From: an uncultured Candidatus Actinomarinales bacterium
Lineage (GTDB): Bacteria; Actinomycetota; Acidimicrobiia; Actinomarinales; Actinomarinaceae
Assembly (NCBI GenBank): GCA_963979435.1
Contig: CAXBVE010000001.1
Location: 65,420-129,419, forward strand
DNA length: 64,000 nt
Direction of reading: 5' to 3'
Numbering within the stretch: the first letter of the stretch is position 1; each line of letters starts with the position of its first letter. This document shows, one piece after another, positions 40,092 to 47,782 of this stretch. The translations under genes were made by a program, and so were the position numbers. The notes beneath the pieces were generated by a model. It had not been told where the DNA came from. It made no database searches and saw only the letters and a list, made by a program, of their open reading frames with translations.

Positions 40092-40856
40092 ATGAAAAAG
40101 ATTATTATTGGTAATTGGAAACTTAATTTAGATCATTTAGAAGCTATACAGCTTTTACAAAAACTCAATTATTCACTCGAAGTTAATATAGAAGACAAAA
40201 TTGACATTGTCATAGCTCCTTCACATACATCTTTAAGATCGCTTCAGACAATTATTGATGCTGATAATCTAAAAATTAAAATTTCATCTCAGGATGTTTC
40301 AGCTTACATAGAAGGGGCTTACACTGGTGAAGTGTCTGCTCTTCAATTGAGTAAACTAAATATTACACACTCTATTATTGGACATTCAGAGAGAAGAACA
40401 GTTTTCAATGAAACCGATGAGACAATTAACCTAAAAGTCCATAATGCGGTAAATAACAAACTTATACCTGTTGTTTGTTTTGGCGAATCTGAAGAACAGA
40501 GAGACAGTAATGCATATTTATCCTATATTTTAAATCAGGTCAATATTGCGGTAAAAGGTCTTCGAAAAGACAAAGTAGAAGAAATTATCTTTGCTTATGA
40601 ACCAATTTGGGCAATAGGTACTGGCAAAGTTGCTTCAGTTGAAAATGCAATAGAAGTTATCTCTTCTGTAAAGCAAGAGATTTCAACAAAGCCATTCTAT
40701 GATGAAGAAAAAATAAGATTCATATATGGTGGAAGCGTCTCACCCACAAATGCATCTGAGTTACTTAATACTAAAATAATTGATGGAGTGCTCGTTGGAG
40801 GTGCTTCCTTAGATGTAGATAAATTCGTACAAATTATTAAGTCAGTTAAATTATGA
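40092..40856 (+). CDS. tpiA: Triosephosphate isomerase
   Basis: IIGNWKLN, IIGHSERR, and C-terminal GGASL motifs. Confidence 0.9.
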   Translation: MKKIIIGNWKLNLDHLEAIQLLQKLNYSLEVNIEDKIDIVIAPSHTSLRSLQTIIDADNLKIKISSQDVSAYIEGAYTGEVSALQLSKLNITHSIIGHSERRTVFNETDETINLKVHNAVNNKLIPVVCFGESEEQRDSNAYLSYILNQVNIAVKGLRKDKVEEIIFAYEPIWAIGTGKVASVENAIEVISSVKQEISTKPFYDEEKIRFIYGGSVSPTNASELLNTKIIDGVLVGGASLDVDKFVQIIKSVKL

Positions 40857-41596
40857 ACTTAATATTTATTCGTCATGGACAAAGTGAATGGAATAAAGAA
40901 AATAAATTTACTGGTTGGGTAGATGTAGGACTTTCTGAAAAAGGGAAACTAGAAGCTATCGAAGCGGGTAAAGTATTACTCAATGCCGGTTTTGCGCCAA
41001 GCATTTGTTACACCTCATATTTAACTCGGTCAAAAGATACTGCTAAACATATTTTATCAGAATTGCCTATAGATGAATCAATTGAATTTCCGATAAAGAA
41101 TTTATGGCAGCTTAATGAAAGACATTATGGAGCACTTCAGGGACTTGATAAGATTGATACGGCAAATAAGTATGGGGAAGACCAGGTTCAACAATGGAGA
41201 AGAGGGTACAAAATAAAACCACCTCTAGTTGAAAAAGATTCAAAATATAATCCAAACAATGATTTAATTTACAAAGAAATCAAAGAAAAATTACCCTTAG
41301 GGGAGTCATTAGAAGATGTGGTCGTGAGAGTTGAAGAGACACTTAATTTAATTAAGTCAGAAACAAAAGAAGGAAATGTATTAGTTGTTGCTCATGGAAA
41401 CAGCATTAGAGCAATACTAAAAATACTAGAAAAAATCTCTGATAATGATATTGTGGATATAAATATTCCGACTGGAATTCCTCTCGCATTTAACATTAAT
41501 GATGATAAAATAACTAGAATTGGGTATCTTGGAAATGAAAAAAAGATACAGGAACTTGAAGAAGAAGTTAAACAACAATCTAGATTGAAAGAGTAA
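40853..41596 (+). CDS. gpmA: 2,3-bisphosphoglycerate-dependent phosphoglycerate mutase
   Basis: Histidine phosphatase motif FIRHGQSEWN with RHYG and a C-terminal HGNS. Confidence 0.85.
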   Translation: MNLIFIRHGQSEWNKENKFTGWVDVGLSEKGKLEAIEAGKVLLNAGFAPSICYTSYLTRSKDTAKHILSELPIDESIEFPIKNLWQLNERHYGALQGLDKIDTANKYGEDQVQQWRRGYKIKPPLVEKDSKYNPNNDLIYKEIKEKLPLGESLEDVVVRVEETLNLIKSETKEGNVLVVAHGNSIRAILKILEKISDNDIVDINIPTGIPLAFNINDDKITRIGYLGNEKKIQELEEEVKQQSRLKE

Positions 41597-41601
41597 TTTT
41601 T

Positions 41602-41838
41602 ATGGATACATTAACAGCGAGTTTAGTTGCAGTACATATAGTTATTTCGATAGCACTTATTGGACTTGTATTATTAAATAGTGGAAAAGGTGGTGGCCTA
41701 TCGGATATGTTGGGTGGACCAGGTGCGTCTGGAAATATCGGGCAAACATTAGCTGAAAGAAACTTGAGTAGAATCACCGCAGCGGTTGCTCTTTTATTTT
41801 CTGTAACAACGTTATTACTTTTTTGGTTTCTTGACTGA
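41602..41838 (+). CDS. secG: Preprotein translocase subunit SecG
   Basis: 78 aa with two TM helices and the LLNSGKGGGLSDMLGG motif. It follows the glycolytic genes as in Actinobacteria. Confidence 0.8.
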   Translation: MDTLTASLVAVHIVISIALIGLVLLNSGKGGGLSDMLGGPGASGNIGQTLAERNLSRITAAVALLFSVTTLLLFWFLD

Positions 41839-41842
41839 TTTA

Positions 41843-41926
41843 GCGCGGGTGGCGGAACTGGTAGACGCGCAGGATTAAGGATCCTGTGGGGTAAAACCCG
41901 TGGAGGTTCGAGTCCTCTTCCGCGCA
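41843..41926 (+). tRNA. tRNA-Leu (anticodon TAA), class II long variable arm, no encoded CCA
   Basis: Acceptor GCGCGGG/TCCGCGC, anticodon stem CAGGA/TCCTG with loop TTAAGGA, variable arm GGGGTAAAACCC, T-loop TTCGAGT. The ORF 41580..41927 (-) is its shadow. Confidence 0.85.
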
Positions 41927-41931
41927 CAAGT

Positions 41932-42588
41932 ATGGAAACTATAAAAACAATTGCAATAATAAATGATCCGAAAGTAACTCTCGGATCGTTATCAAATAGT
42001 GATATAGAAGAAAAGTATGCATGGGACGTTGATTGGGAATCGCTTTCAGAGCATCATGAATACATCATATTGGGTGGGCACATGGGGGCATATGAGATAG
42101 AAACCTATCCATACTTGCTCAAAGAAAAGGAATGGCTTAATAAAGTTATTAATAACGGAACTAAAGTATTTGGTATTTGCTTAGGTGCACAACTTATTGC
42201 TGATTCAATGGGGGGCACAGCATTTCTTTCTGAAGAGATTGAGTTTGGATTTAAAGAGTTAGAATTTCATAAAGAGACTGAAATATTCTCGGGATTAAAA
42301 AATTCAAAAGTCTTTTTATGGCATAGAGATACCTTCACCCTTCCTCCATCAGCAGAGCTTATTGCTTCTACAAAATATCCTCAAATCTTTACAATTCGAA
42401 ATTCTATTGCCGTACAATTTCATCCGGAGGTAACTGAGACTCTTTTTAAAGACTGGTATGACAGTGACATAAGTAGAAAAGAGTTAGTAGATTATGATGT
42501 ATCTTCAACTTTGAATTATTTAATAACTAATACAGAACATTTTAAGTTTGAAATCAATTCAATATATAAAAAGTGGAAAAATATTTAA
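41932..42588 (+). CDS. Class I glutamine amidotransferase-like protein
   Basis: Nucleophile elbow GICLGAQL with downstream FHPE (Cys-His-Glu triad arrangement). Confidence 0.6.
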   Translation: METIKTIAIINDPKVTLGSLSNSDIEEKYAWDVDWESLSEHHEYIILGGHMGAYEIETYPYLLKEKEWLNKVINNGTKVFGICLGAQLIADSMGGTAFLSEEIEFGFKELEFHKETEIFSGLKNSKVFLWHRDTFTLPPSAELIASTKYPQIFTIRNSIAVQFHPEVTETLFKDWYDSDISRKELVDYDVSSTLNYLITNTEHFKFEINSIYKKWKNI

Positions 42589-43163
42589 AAATTTATGTCA
42601 TTTATTTTTTGAACATAATTTTTTAATATTGAGAATCTTTTAACAATTTCTCTTTCGGAAACTAGATAATTCCTTGTTTCATCAGCCATTGGCAACTTTG
42701 CTGACAGTTCCCAAAGTTTTAGAATTCTATTAGCTGAGTCTATTTCAAATATTGGTAATTCAATATCTAAGCCTTGTTCTATCAATTTTCCAATGCCTCT
42801 TTTAATATCTGCTTCAAGTGATAAAAGCTCATCTTCAGTTGGAGGTAGCCCAATATCTATTACTAGCTCACCCGACGCTTTTGGGTATTCATTTTGAATG
42901 TTGATATTTGTAATTTCTATTAGATTGATACATTCTACAACTACTACCTGTTCAGCATTTGATATGTCTTGATGATCAATAATCCTAACTTCTGAGGCAA
43001 TCTCATTTAAATTATCCAATGATCTGCCAACGCAAAATGTACTGTTATTTTGAATACTATCACCAATTAAAAGAAGATATCTTGGCTCAAATATACGTAA
43101 AACTGATATTTCATGTGGAAAATAATTAATACCAGCGGCAAAAAAAGGAAATTCAACTATCAT
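42585..43163 (-). CDS. LON N-terminal (PUA-like) substrate-binding domain protein
   Basis: N-terminus FPHEISVLRIFEPRYLLL resembles the LON N-domain (LPLFPL...IFEPRY). It is a stand-alone domain of about 190 aa. Confidence 0.45.
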   Translation of the reverse strand: MIVEFPFFAAGINYFPHEISVLRIFEPRYLLLIGDSIQNNSTFCVGRSLDNLNEIASEVRIIDHQDISNAEQVVVVECINLIEITNINIQNEYPKASGELVIDIGLPPTEDELLSLEADIKRGIGKLIEQGLDIELPIFEIDSANRILKLWELSAKLPMADETRNYLVSEREIVKRFSILKNYVQKINDINF

Positions 43164-43199
43164 AATCTTTGTTATTTAGGATAAGTGATATAAAACATT

Positions 43200-44246
43200 A
43201 TGAGAATAGAAGATGAGATAAAGTTAACTTTTGATGATGTATTGATAAGACCTAAAAGAAGTACACTCGTATCAAGAGCGGAAGTCGAATTAAACAGAGA
43301 ATTTAAATTTCGTCATTCAAGCGAAAAATGGACTGGTATACCTATCTTTTCTGCAAATATGGACACAACAGGGACGTTTGAAACAGCTAGGGCACTTCAA
43401 AGTCACAACATGCTTACTGCAGTTCATAAATTTTATACTTTAGATGAATGGCAAGAAAACCTAAAAAGTCTAGATCCAGAATATCTTGCTGTGACTGTGG
43501 GCACTTCAAAAGAAGACTTTCAGAAAGCTGTAGATGTTTTCAAACTAGAAGATGGATTAAAATTTTTATGCTTGGATGTTGCAAATGGCTACCGTGAAGA
43601 TTTTGTAGAATCAGTTAAGCAATATAGAGAACAATTTCCAAACAAAATAATTATTGCAGGAAATGTAGCTACAAGAGAAATGACAGAAGCGCTGATCCTT
43701 GCTGGTGCTGATATAGTCAAAATTGGTATTGGTCCTGGATCGGTTTGCACTACTAGAAAAGTAGCAGGAGTAGGCTACCCTCAACTTTCTTCTATTTCTG
43801 AATGTTCTGATGCCGCTCACGGTCTTGGTGGACATGTAATTGCAGATGGTGGTTGCAAGTACCCAGGTGATGTTTCTAAAGCTTTTGGAGCTGGTGCTGA
43901 CTATGTCATGCTTGGTGGAATATTTGCTGGTCACAAAGAATCGGGAGGAGAACTTGTCACCGATAAAAATGGTATTCAGTACAAAGATTTTTATGGAATG
44001 TCTTCAAGAAAAGCTCAAGAAACATATTATGGTGACCTTGCAGAACATCGCGCACCTGAGGGGAAAAAAGTAAGACTTAAATACAAAGGTGAGATTGATT
44101 CTACTGTTCAATCAATCCTCGGGGGAATTAGATCAGCATGTTCCTATGTAGGTGCAAAGTCTATTAAGGACTTGCCAAAAAGTACTACGTTCATAAGAGT
44201 TACTCAAACAACGAATGAAATATATACAGGATCTGAAAACAGTTGA
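43200..44246 (+). CDS. guaC: GMP reductase
   Basis: N-terminus MRIEDEIKLTFDDVLIRPKRSTL. IMPDH/GMPR TIM barrel with catalytic Cys loop GIGPGSVCTTR. 348 aa with no CBS insert. Confidence 0.8.
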   Translation: MRIEDEIKLTFDDVLIRPKRSTLVSRAEVELNREFKFRHSSEKWTGIPIFSANMDTTGTFETARALQSHNMLTAVHKFYTLDEWQENLKSLDPEYLAVTVGTSKEDFQKAVDVFKLEDGLKFLCLDVANGYREDFVESVKQYREQFPNKIIIAGNVATREMTEALILAGADIVKIGIGPGSVCTTRKVAGVGYPQLSSISECSDAAHGLGGHVIADGGCKYPGDVSKAFGAGADYVMLGGIFAGHKESGGELVTDKNGIQYKDFYGMSSRKAQETYYGDLAEHRAPEGKKVRLKYKGEIDSTVQSILGGIRSACSYVGAKSIKDLPKSTTFIRVTQTTNEIYTGSENS

Positions 44247-44476
44247 ATATAGAAATATATACAAAAGATTTCTGTATTTGGTGTGATAGAGCAAAATCTT
44301 TGCTTGAGTCAAAAAACCTTAGTTTTACTGAAATTGATTTATCTGATGACTCAGTTAGATCTGAATTTTATTCAAAATTAGGTGAAGGCGTGAAAACTGT
44401 GCCACAGATATTTATGGACAACAAACGTATTGGTGGTTTTCAGGAACTTGTTAGATGGTTTGCTGATGGCAACTAA
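44243..44476 (+). CDS. Glutaredoxin/NrdH-like redoxin
   Basis: CIWC active site in a thioredoxin-fold-sized 77-aa protein, with conserved TVPQIF and GGF positions. Confidence 0.7.
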   Translation: MNIEIYTKDFCIWCDRAKSLLESKNLSFTEIDLSDDSVRSEFYSKLGEGVKTVPQIFMDNKRIGGFQELVRWFADGN

Positions 44477-45368
44477 CGAATCATCTAAAACTGTTTTTCT
44501 TGCAATGTCTGTCAATTTTTCTATAGGTATTGCTAAATCAATTATTGCAACAATAACTATGTCTAGTGCAATGTTTTCAGAAGCTATACATTCATTTGTA
44601 GACACCGGTAACCAATTTCTCTTATGGTTTGGAATAAAGCAATCAAAAAAGGTAGATGCAAGAATATATCCTTTAGGGAGAGGCAGAGAAGAATATTTTT
44701 GGACACTTGTCGTAGCTGTGCTTATCTTCACTATTGGAGGACTTGTTTCTTTAGAACATGGAATAGAATCTCTTTCGCATCCTAAAAAGCTTGAAAACCT
44801 AGCAATTTCAATAACATTATTAATCGTTTCGATAATACTCGAGTCTTATGTGTTAAAAAAAGCTATTACAGAGCTAAAAAAGGGACAAGATAATAAAAAA
44901 GGTGTTGTTGGACTATTAAAAGAATCAACGGATGGACCCTTGATAGCAATTGTAGTGGAAGACTTTGCAGCAACTTTAGGACTTGTTATAGCATTAGTTG
45001 GAACCATACTTTCATCACTTACGCAGAATTCAATATATGACTCAATATCTGCGATTTCTATTGGAGTTCTACTCATGGTATCTGGTTTATTTTTAGGGTA
45101 TGAAATGAAACATTTAATTACTGGAGAAAGTATTTCACAAGAGAAACTCAAGTTAATTGAAAATATAATTAATAAAAATGAAAATATATCTAAAATAACA
45201 GACTTAAAAATATTACCAATAGGAAGTAAGCAATATTTAGCGTTAGTAAAACTTGATTATAAAGACTCCCTAGGTGATGTAGACATAGTAGAAATTAATA
45301 CAGCTCTTAAGAATGAAATAGTAGAAACAGAGTCTACAATTACAGAAATTTACTTTAATCCTCAATAA
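44466..45368 (+). CDS. Cation diffusion facilitator (CDF) family metal efflux transporter
   Basis: Six TM helices with the CDF signature (SxASxxxDxxHxxxD-like: HSFVDTGNQ) and a C-terminal cytoplasmic domain. Start ATG 44466. Confidence 0.65.
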   Translation: MATNESSKTVFLAMSVNFSIGIAKSIIATITMSSAMFSEAIHSFVDTGNQFLLWFGIKQSKKVDARIYPLGRGREEYFWTLVVAVLIFTIGGLVSLEHGIESLSHPKKLENLAISITLLIVSIILESYVLKKAITELKKGQDNKKGVVGLLKESTDGPLIAIVVEDFAATLGLVIALVGTILSSLTQNSIYDSISAISIGVLLMVSGLFLGYEMKHLITGESISQEKLKLIENIINKNENISKITDLKILPIGSKQYLALVKLDYKDSLGDVDIVEINTALKNEIVETESTITEIYFNPQ

Positions 45369-45382
45369 GATAAAATAATCCT

Positions 45383-45754
45383 ATGGCAATAAATAAAGAC
45401 CATTTAACCGCAGAACAAATACAAGTTACACAATTTTGTGGAACAGAGCCTCCATTTTCTGGAAAACTTCTTAATGAAAAAAGAATTGGTAATTATGTAT
45501 GCGCAGTTTGCAAAGAAATATTATTTGATTCCTCAACAAAGTATGAATCAGGCTCAGGATGGCCAAGTTTTTTTGATGCAGTTGCAGAAAAAATAGAAAC
45601 TAAAGAAGATACAACTCTAGGCATGATAAGAACTGAAATACTTTGTAAAATTTGTTCTTCCCATCTTGGCCACATATTTCCTGACGGTCCAAAACCTACG
45701 GGGAAAAGGTATTGTGTCAACAGTCTTAGCTTAGAGTTTCAAGTAAATGAGTGA
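45383..45754 (+). CDS. msrB: Peptide-methionine (R)-S-oxide reductase
   Basis: SelR motifs CGTEPPFSGK, GWPSF, RTEILCKICSSHLGHIF, plus zinc CxxC pairs. Confidence 0.85.
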   Translation: MAINKDHLTAEQIQVTQFCGTEPPFSGKLLNEKRIGNYVCAVCKEILFDSSTKYESGSGWPSFFDAVAEKIETKEDTTLGMIRTEILCKICSSHLGHIFPDGPKPTGKRYCVNSLSLEFQVNE

Positions 45755-46055
45755 AATTTTTGTAGACCAAAACTGTACTGTTTGTAGTGCTTATGGAAAA
45801 TTTATTAATAAAAAAAATAAAAATGTAAGCGTGTCTAATCAGCTTGATCTTAGTAATGAGGACATAGCTAGAGATGAAGTTGTTTATGTAAAGAATCAAG
45901 AAAAATTTTATGCTTCTGATGCAATTATTGAGTCTGTCGCCGATCTGGGTGCATTTTATAAAATTATTAAAATTTCATATATAATCCCGAAATTTATTAG
46001 AAACTCAATTTATAAGTTAATTTCTAAAAATAGAAAAAGGTTTTTTTATAAATAA
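45747..46055 (+). CDS. DCC1-like thiol-disulfide oxidoreductase family protein (DUF393)
   Basis: N-terminal VDQNCTVCS (the YDGxCxLC-type motif of DUF393). About 100 aa. Confidence 0.45.
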   Translation: MSEIFVDQNCTVCSAYGKFINKKNKNVSVSNQLDLSNEDIARDEVVYVKNQEKFYASDAIIESVADLGAFYKIIKISYIIPKFIRNSIYKLISKNRKRFFYK

Positions 46056-46229
46056 ACTAAATAAACTAATTCAAACAAAAACATTTAAAACATTTGTGTT
46101 GTTTTCTATATTCCGGGCCATACATGGCGTTGTTGTTCTAGTAGTCTTTTATTACTTTGGATATAAAGCAAATGTAGGTTTTGAAGTTTATATACTTTAT
46201 TTAATCGTTTCCATTCTTCTATCGAGGCA

Positions 46230-46250
46230 AATTTTTAAAAGATTAAAAAA
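46230..46250 (-). terminator. Weak AT-only hairpin (GATTAAA-7nt-TTTAATC) followed by a U-rich tract downstream of yajQ; possible intrinsic terminator
   Basis: Perfect 7-bp inverted repeat directly after the yajQ stop on the minus strand, with U-rich sequence following. The stem has no GC pairs, so stability is low. Confidence 0.2.
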
Positions 46251-46255
46251 AAGGT

Positions 46256-46738
46256 TTAATCTCTAAAGTTTCCAAATGATAGGTGTATATCATAATTTTT
46301 ATCTTTAATCTCGTTCATAATTGACTGCAGAGAGTCCCTTTTTTTTGAAGTTACACGTATCGAACCATCTTGAATAGCGGCTTGCATTTTTTTATCTTTT
46401 TCTTTAATAAATTTAACTATTTCTTTAGCATCGACAGTCTCAATCCCAGTTTTTAGGGTGTAAACTCTTTTGTTTTCGGATGGTGTTTCTTCATCTGAAA
46501 AGTCAGATAAAAACTTTATAGAAATATTTCTTTTTGCAAATTTTTCTCTTAATACTTGATCTGCGGCTAAAAGTCGATCTTTTGTGGCACTCTTAATACT
46601 TACAGTCGACTCTGAACTATCAATAGAAGTACTCGTATTTTTAAAATCATATCTGTTAACAATTTCTCTTTTGCTTTGGTCTACAGCATTTAAAACTTCT
46701 TGTTTGTCGAATTCTGAGGTAATGTCAAAACTTGGCAT
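46256..46738 (-). CDS. yajQ: YajQ family nucleotide (c-di-GMP)-binding protein (UPF0234)
   Basis: N-terminus MPSFDITSEFDKQEVLNAVDQSKREIVNRYDFK matches the YajQ family signature. About 160 aa. Confidence 0.75.
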   Translation of the reverse strand: MPSFDITSEFDKQEVLNAVDQSKREIVNRYDFKNTSTSIDSSESTVSIKSATKDRLLAADQVLREKFAKRNISIKFLSDFSDEETPSENKRVYTLKTGIETVDAKEIVKFIKEKDKKMQAAIQDGSIRVTSKKRDSLQSIMNEIKDKNYDIHLSFGNFRD

Positions 46739-46740
46739 AA

Positions 46741-46929
46741 TCAACTCCCGTATTTTTCTTTAATATAGTTAAGTTCACTTTCAATCTTATTGATACTTTT
46801 TTTTAAAACTTTGATTTCTTCAACTTTATCAAAGTTCTCATAGAGTTTTATCTTGGTTTCTAACGACCTATACCTAATTAGTAAAAAAACTATTATTATT
46901 AAAAGACCTACCCAAAATATATTTTCCAT
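46741..46929 (-). CDS. Hypothetical small membrane protein (N-terminal TM plus coiled coil; FtsB/DivIC-like architecture?)
   Basis: 62 aa. One TM helix then a heptad-like charged region. Compactly placed between crcB and yajQ. Confidence 0.3.
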   Translation of the reverse strand: MENIFWVGLLIIIVFLLIRYRSLETKIKLYENFDKVEEIKVLKKSINKIESELNYIKEKYGS

Positions 46930-46932
46930 AGT

Positions 46933-47295
46933 CTAATTTACCATTTTACTACCTATGTATACACCTATTAATGCACCAAAGATTGAAAGAAGTACTGTTG
47001 AAAAAAAATAACCAAGTGTAGATAATTGCGATTGGGTATTTAATTCTATTAGGTCAAAGGTAAATTGTGAATAGGTAGTAAACCCTCCAAGTATGCCTGT
47101 AAGTAGGAAGATACTAACCAAACTATTTTCTGCAACTATTGAATATATTATTCCAAATAAGAATGATCCAAGTACATTTATAAATAATGTCGAGAACTGT
47201 GGTAACGAAGATACATTTATTAGTGTATTTAATAGAAACCTTAATACTGTACCTAGTCCACCCCCAATGAAAACTAGTAAAACTTTACTATACAT
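46933..47295 (-). CDS. crcB: Fluoride ion channel CrcB/FluC
   Basis: GGLGTVLRF and GILGGFTTYSQF motifs. 120 aa with 4 TM helices. Confidence 0.8.
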   Translation of the reverse strand: MYSKVLLVFIGGGLGTVLRFLLNTLINVSSLPQFSTLFINVLGSFLFGIIYSIVAENSLVSIFLLTGILGGFTTYSQFTFDLIELNTQSQLSTLGYFFSTVLLSIFGALIGVYIGSKMVN

Positions 47296-47731
47296 TTTTC
47301 TGCCTCAGGTATTCATATCCAACTATTGCGACTGAGTTAGCTAAATTTATACTTCGGGAATTATCATCCATTGGTATTGTTAAAAGATATTTTTGCTCAA
47401 AAATAATATCTTGTGGTAATCCAACAGATTCCGGACCAAAAACTAAGTAATCAAATGATAGGAGATTGCAGTCCCAATAGTTTTCATTTCCCTTTGCCGA
47501 AAGATATGCGATTGCTTTGTTTTGGTTTTTTTGAATAAATTCATCCCAATTTTCATAGATACTGACTGTAGCTAAATCATGATAATCCAAACCAGCACGT
47601 CGAATCTTATTCTCCTGAAAGCTAAAACCAAATGGTTTTATTATATTTAATGGAATACCTGTATTGGCAGAGAGTCGTATGCAAGCTCCAACGTTTCCGG
47701 CAATCTCTGGCTGATAAAGTACTATTTCCAC
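47288..47731 (-). CDS. trmL: tRNA (cytidine/uridine-2'-O)-methyltransferase TrmL (SpoU/SPOUT)
   Basis: IVLYQPEIAGNVGACIRLSANTGIPLNIIKPFGF ... RRAGLDYHD matches the TrmL family almost along its whole length. Confidence 0.8.
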   Translation of the reverse strand: MEIVLYQPEIAGNVGACIRLSANTGIPLNIIKPFGFSFQENKIRRAGLDYHDLATVSIYENWDEFIQKNQNKAIAYLSAKGNENYWDCNLLSFDYLVFGPESVGLPQDIIFEQKYLLTIPMDDNSRSINLANSVAIVGYEYLRQKNV

Positions 47732-47782
47732 AATGTAATTATATTCCTATTCAAGAACCATATAGTATGTAAAATATTTAGT

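Noticed and set aside
41580-41927. 115-aa minus-strand ORF across secG and tRNA-Leu(TAA)
   Set aside because: It is antisense to secG and contains the tRNA. Its proline-rich translation is typical of a tRNA shadow ORF.
47732-47782. Fluoride (crcB-motif) riboswitch upstream of the trmL-crcB operon
   Set aside because: The 51-nt spacer does not match the riboswitch consensus and is too short once a promoter is included.
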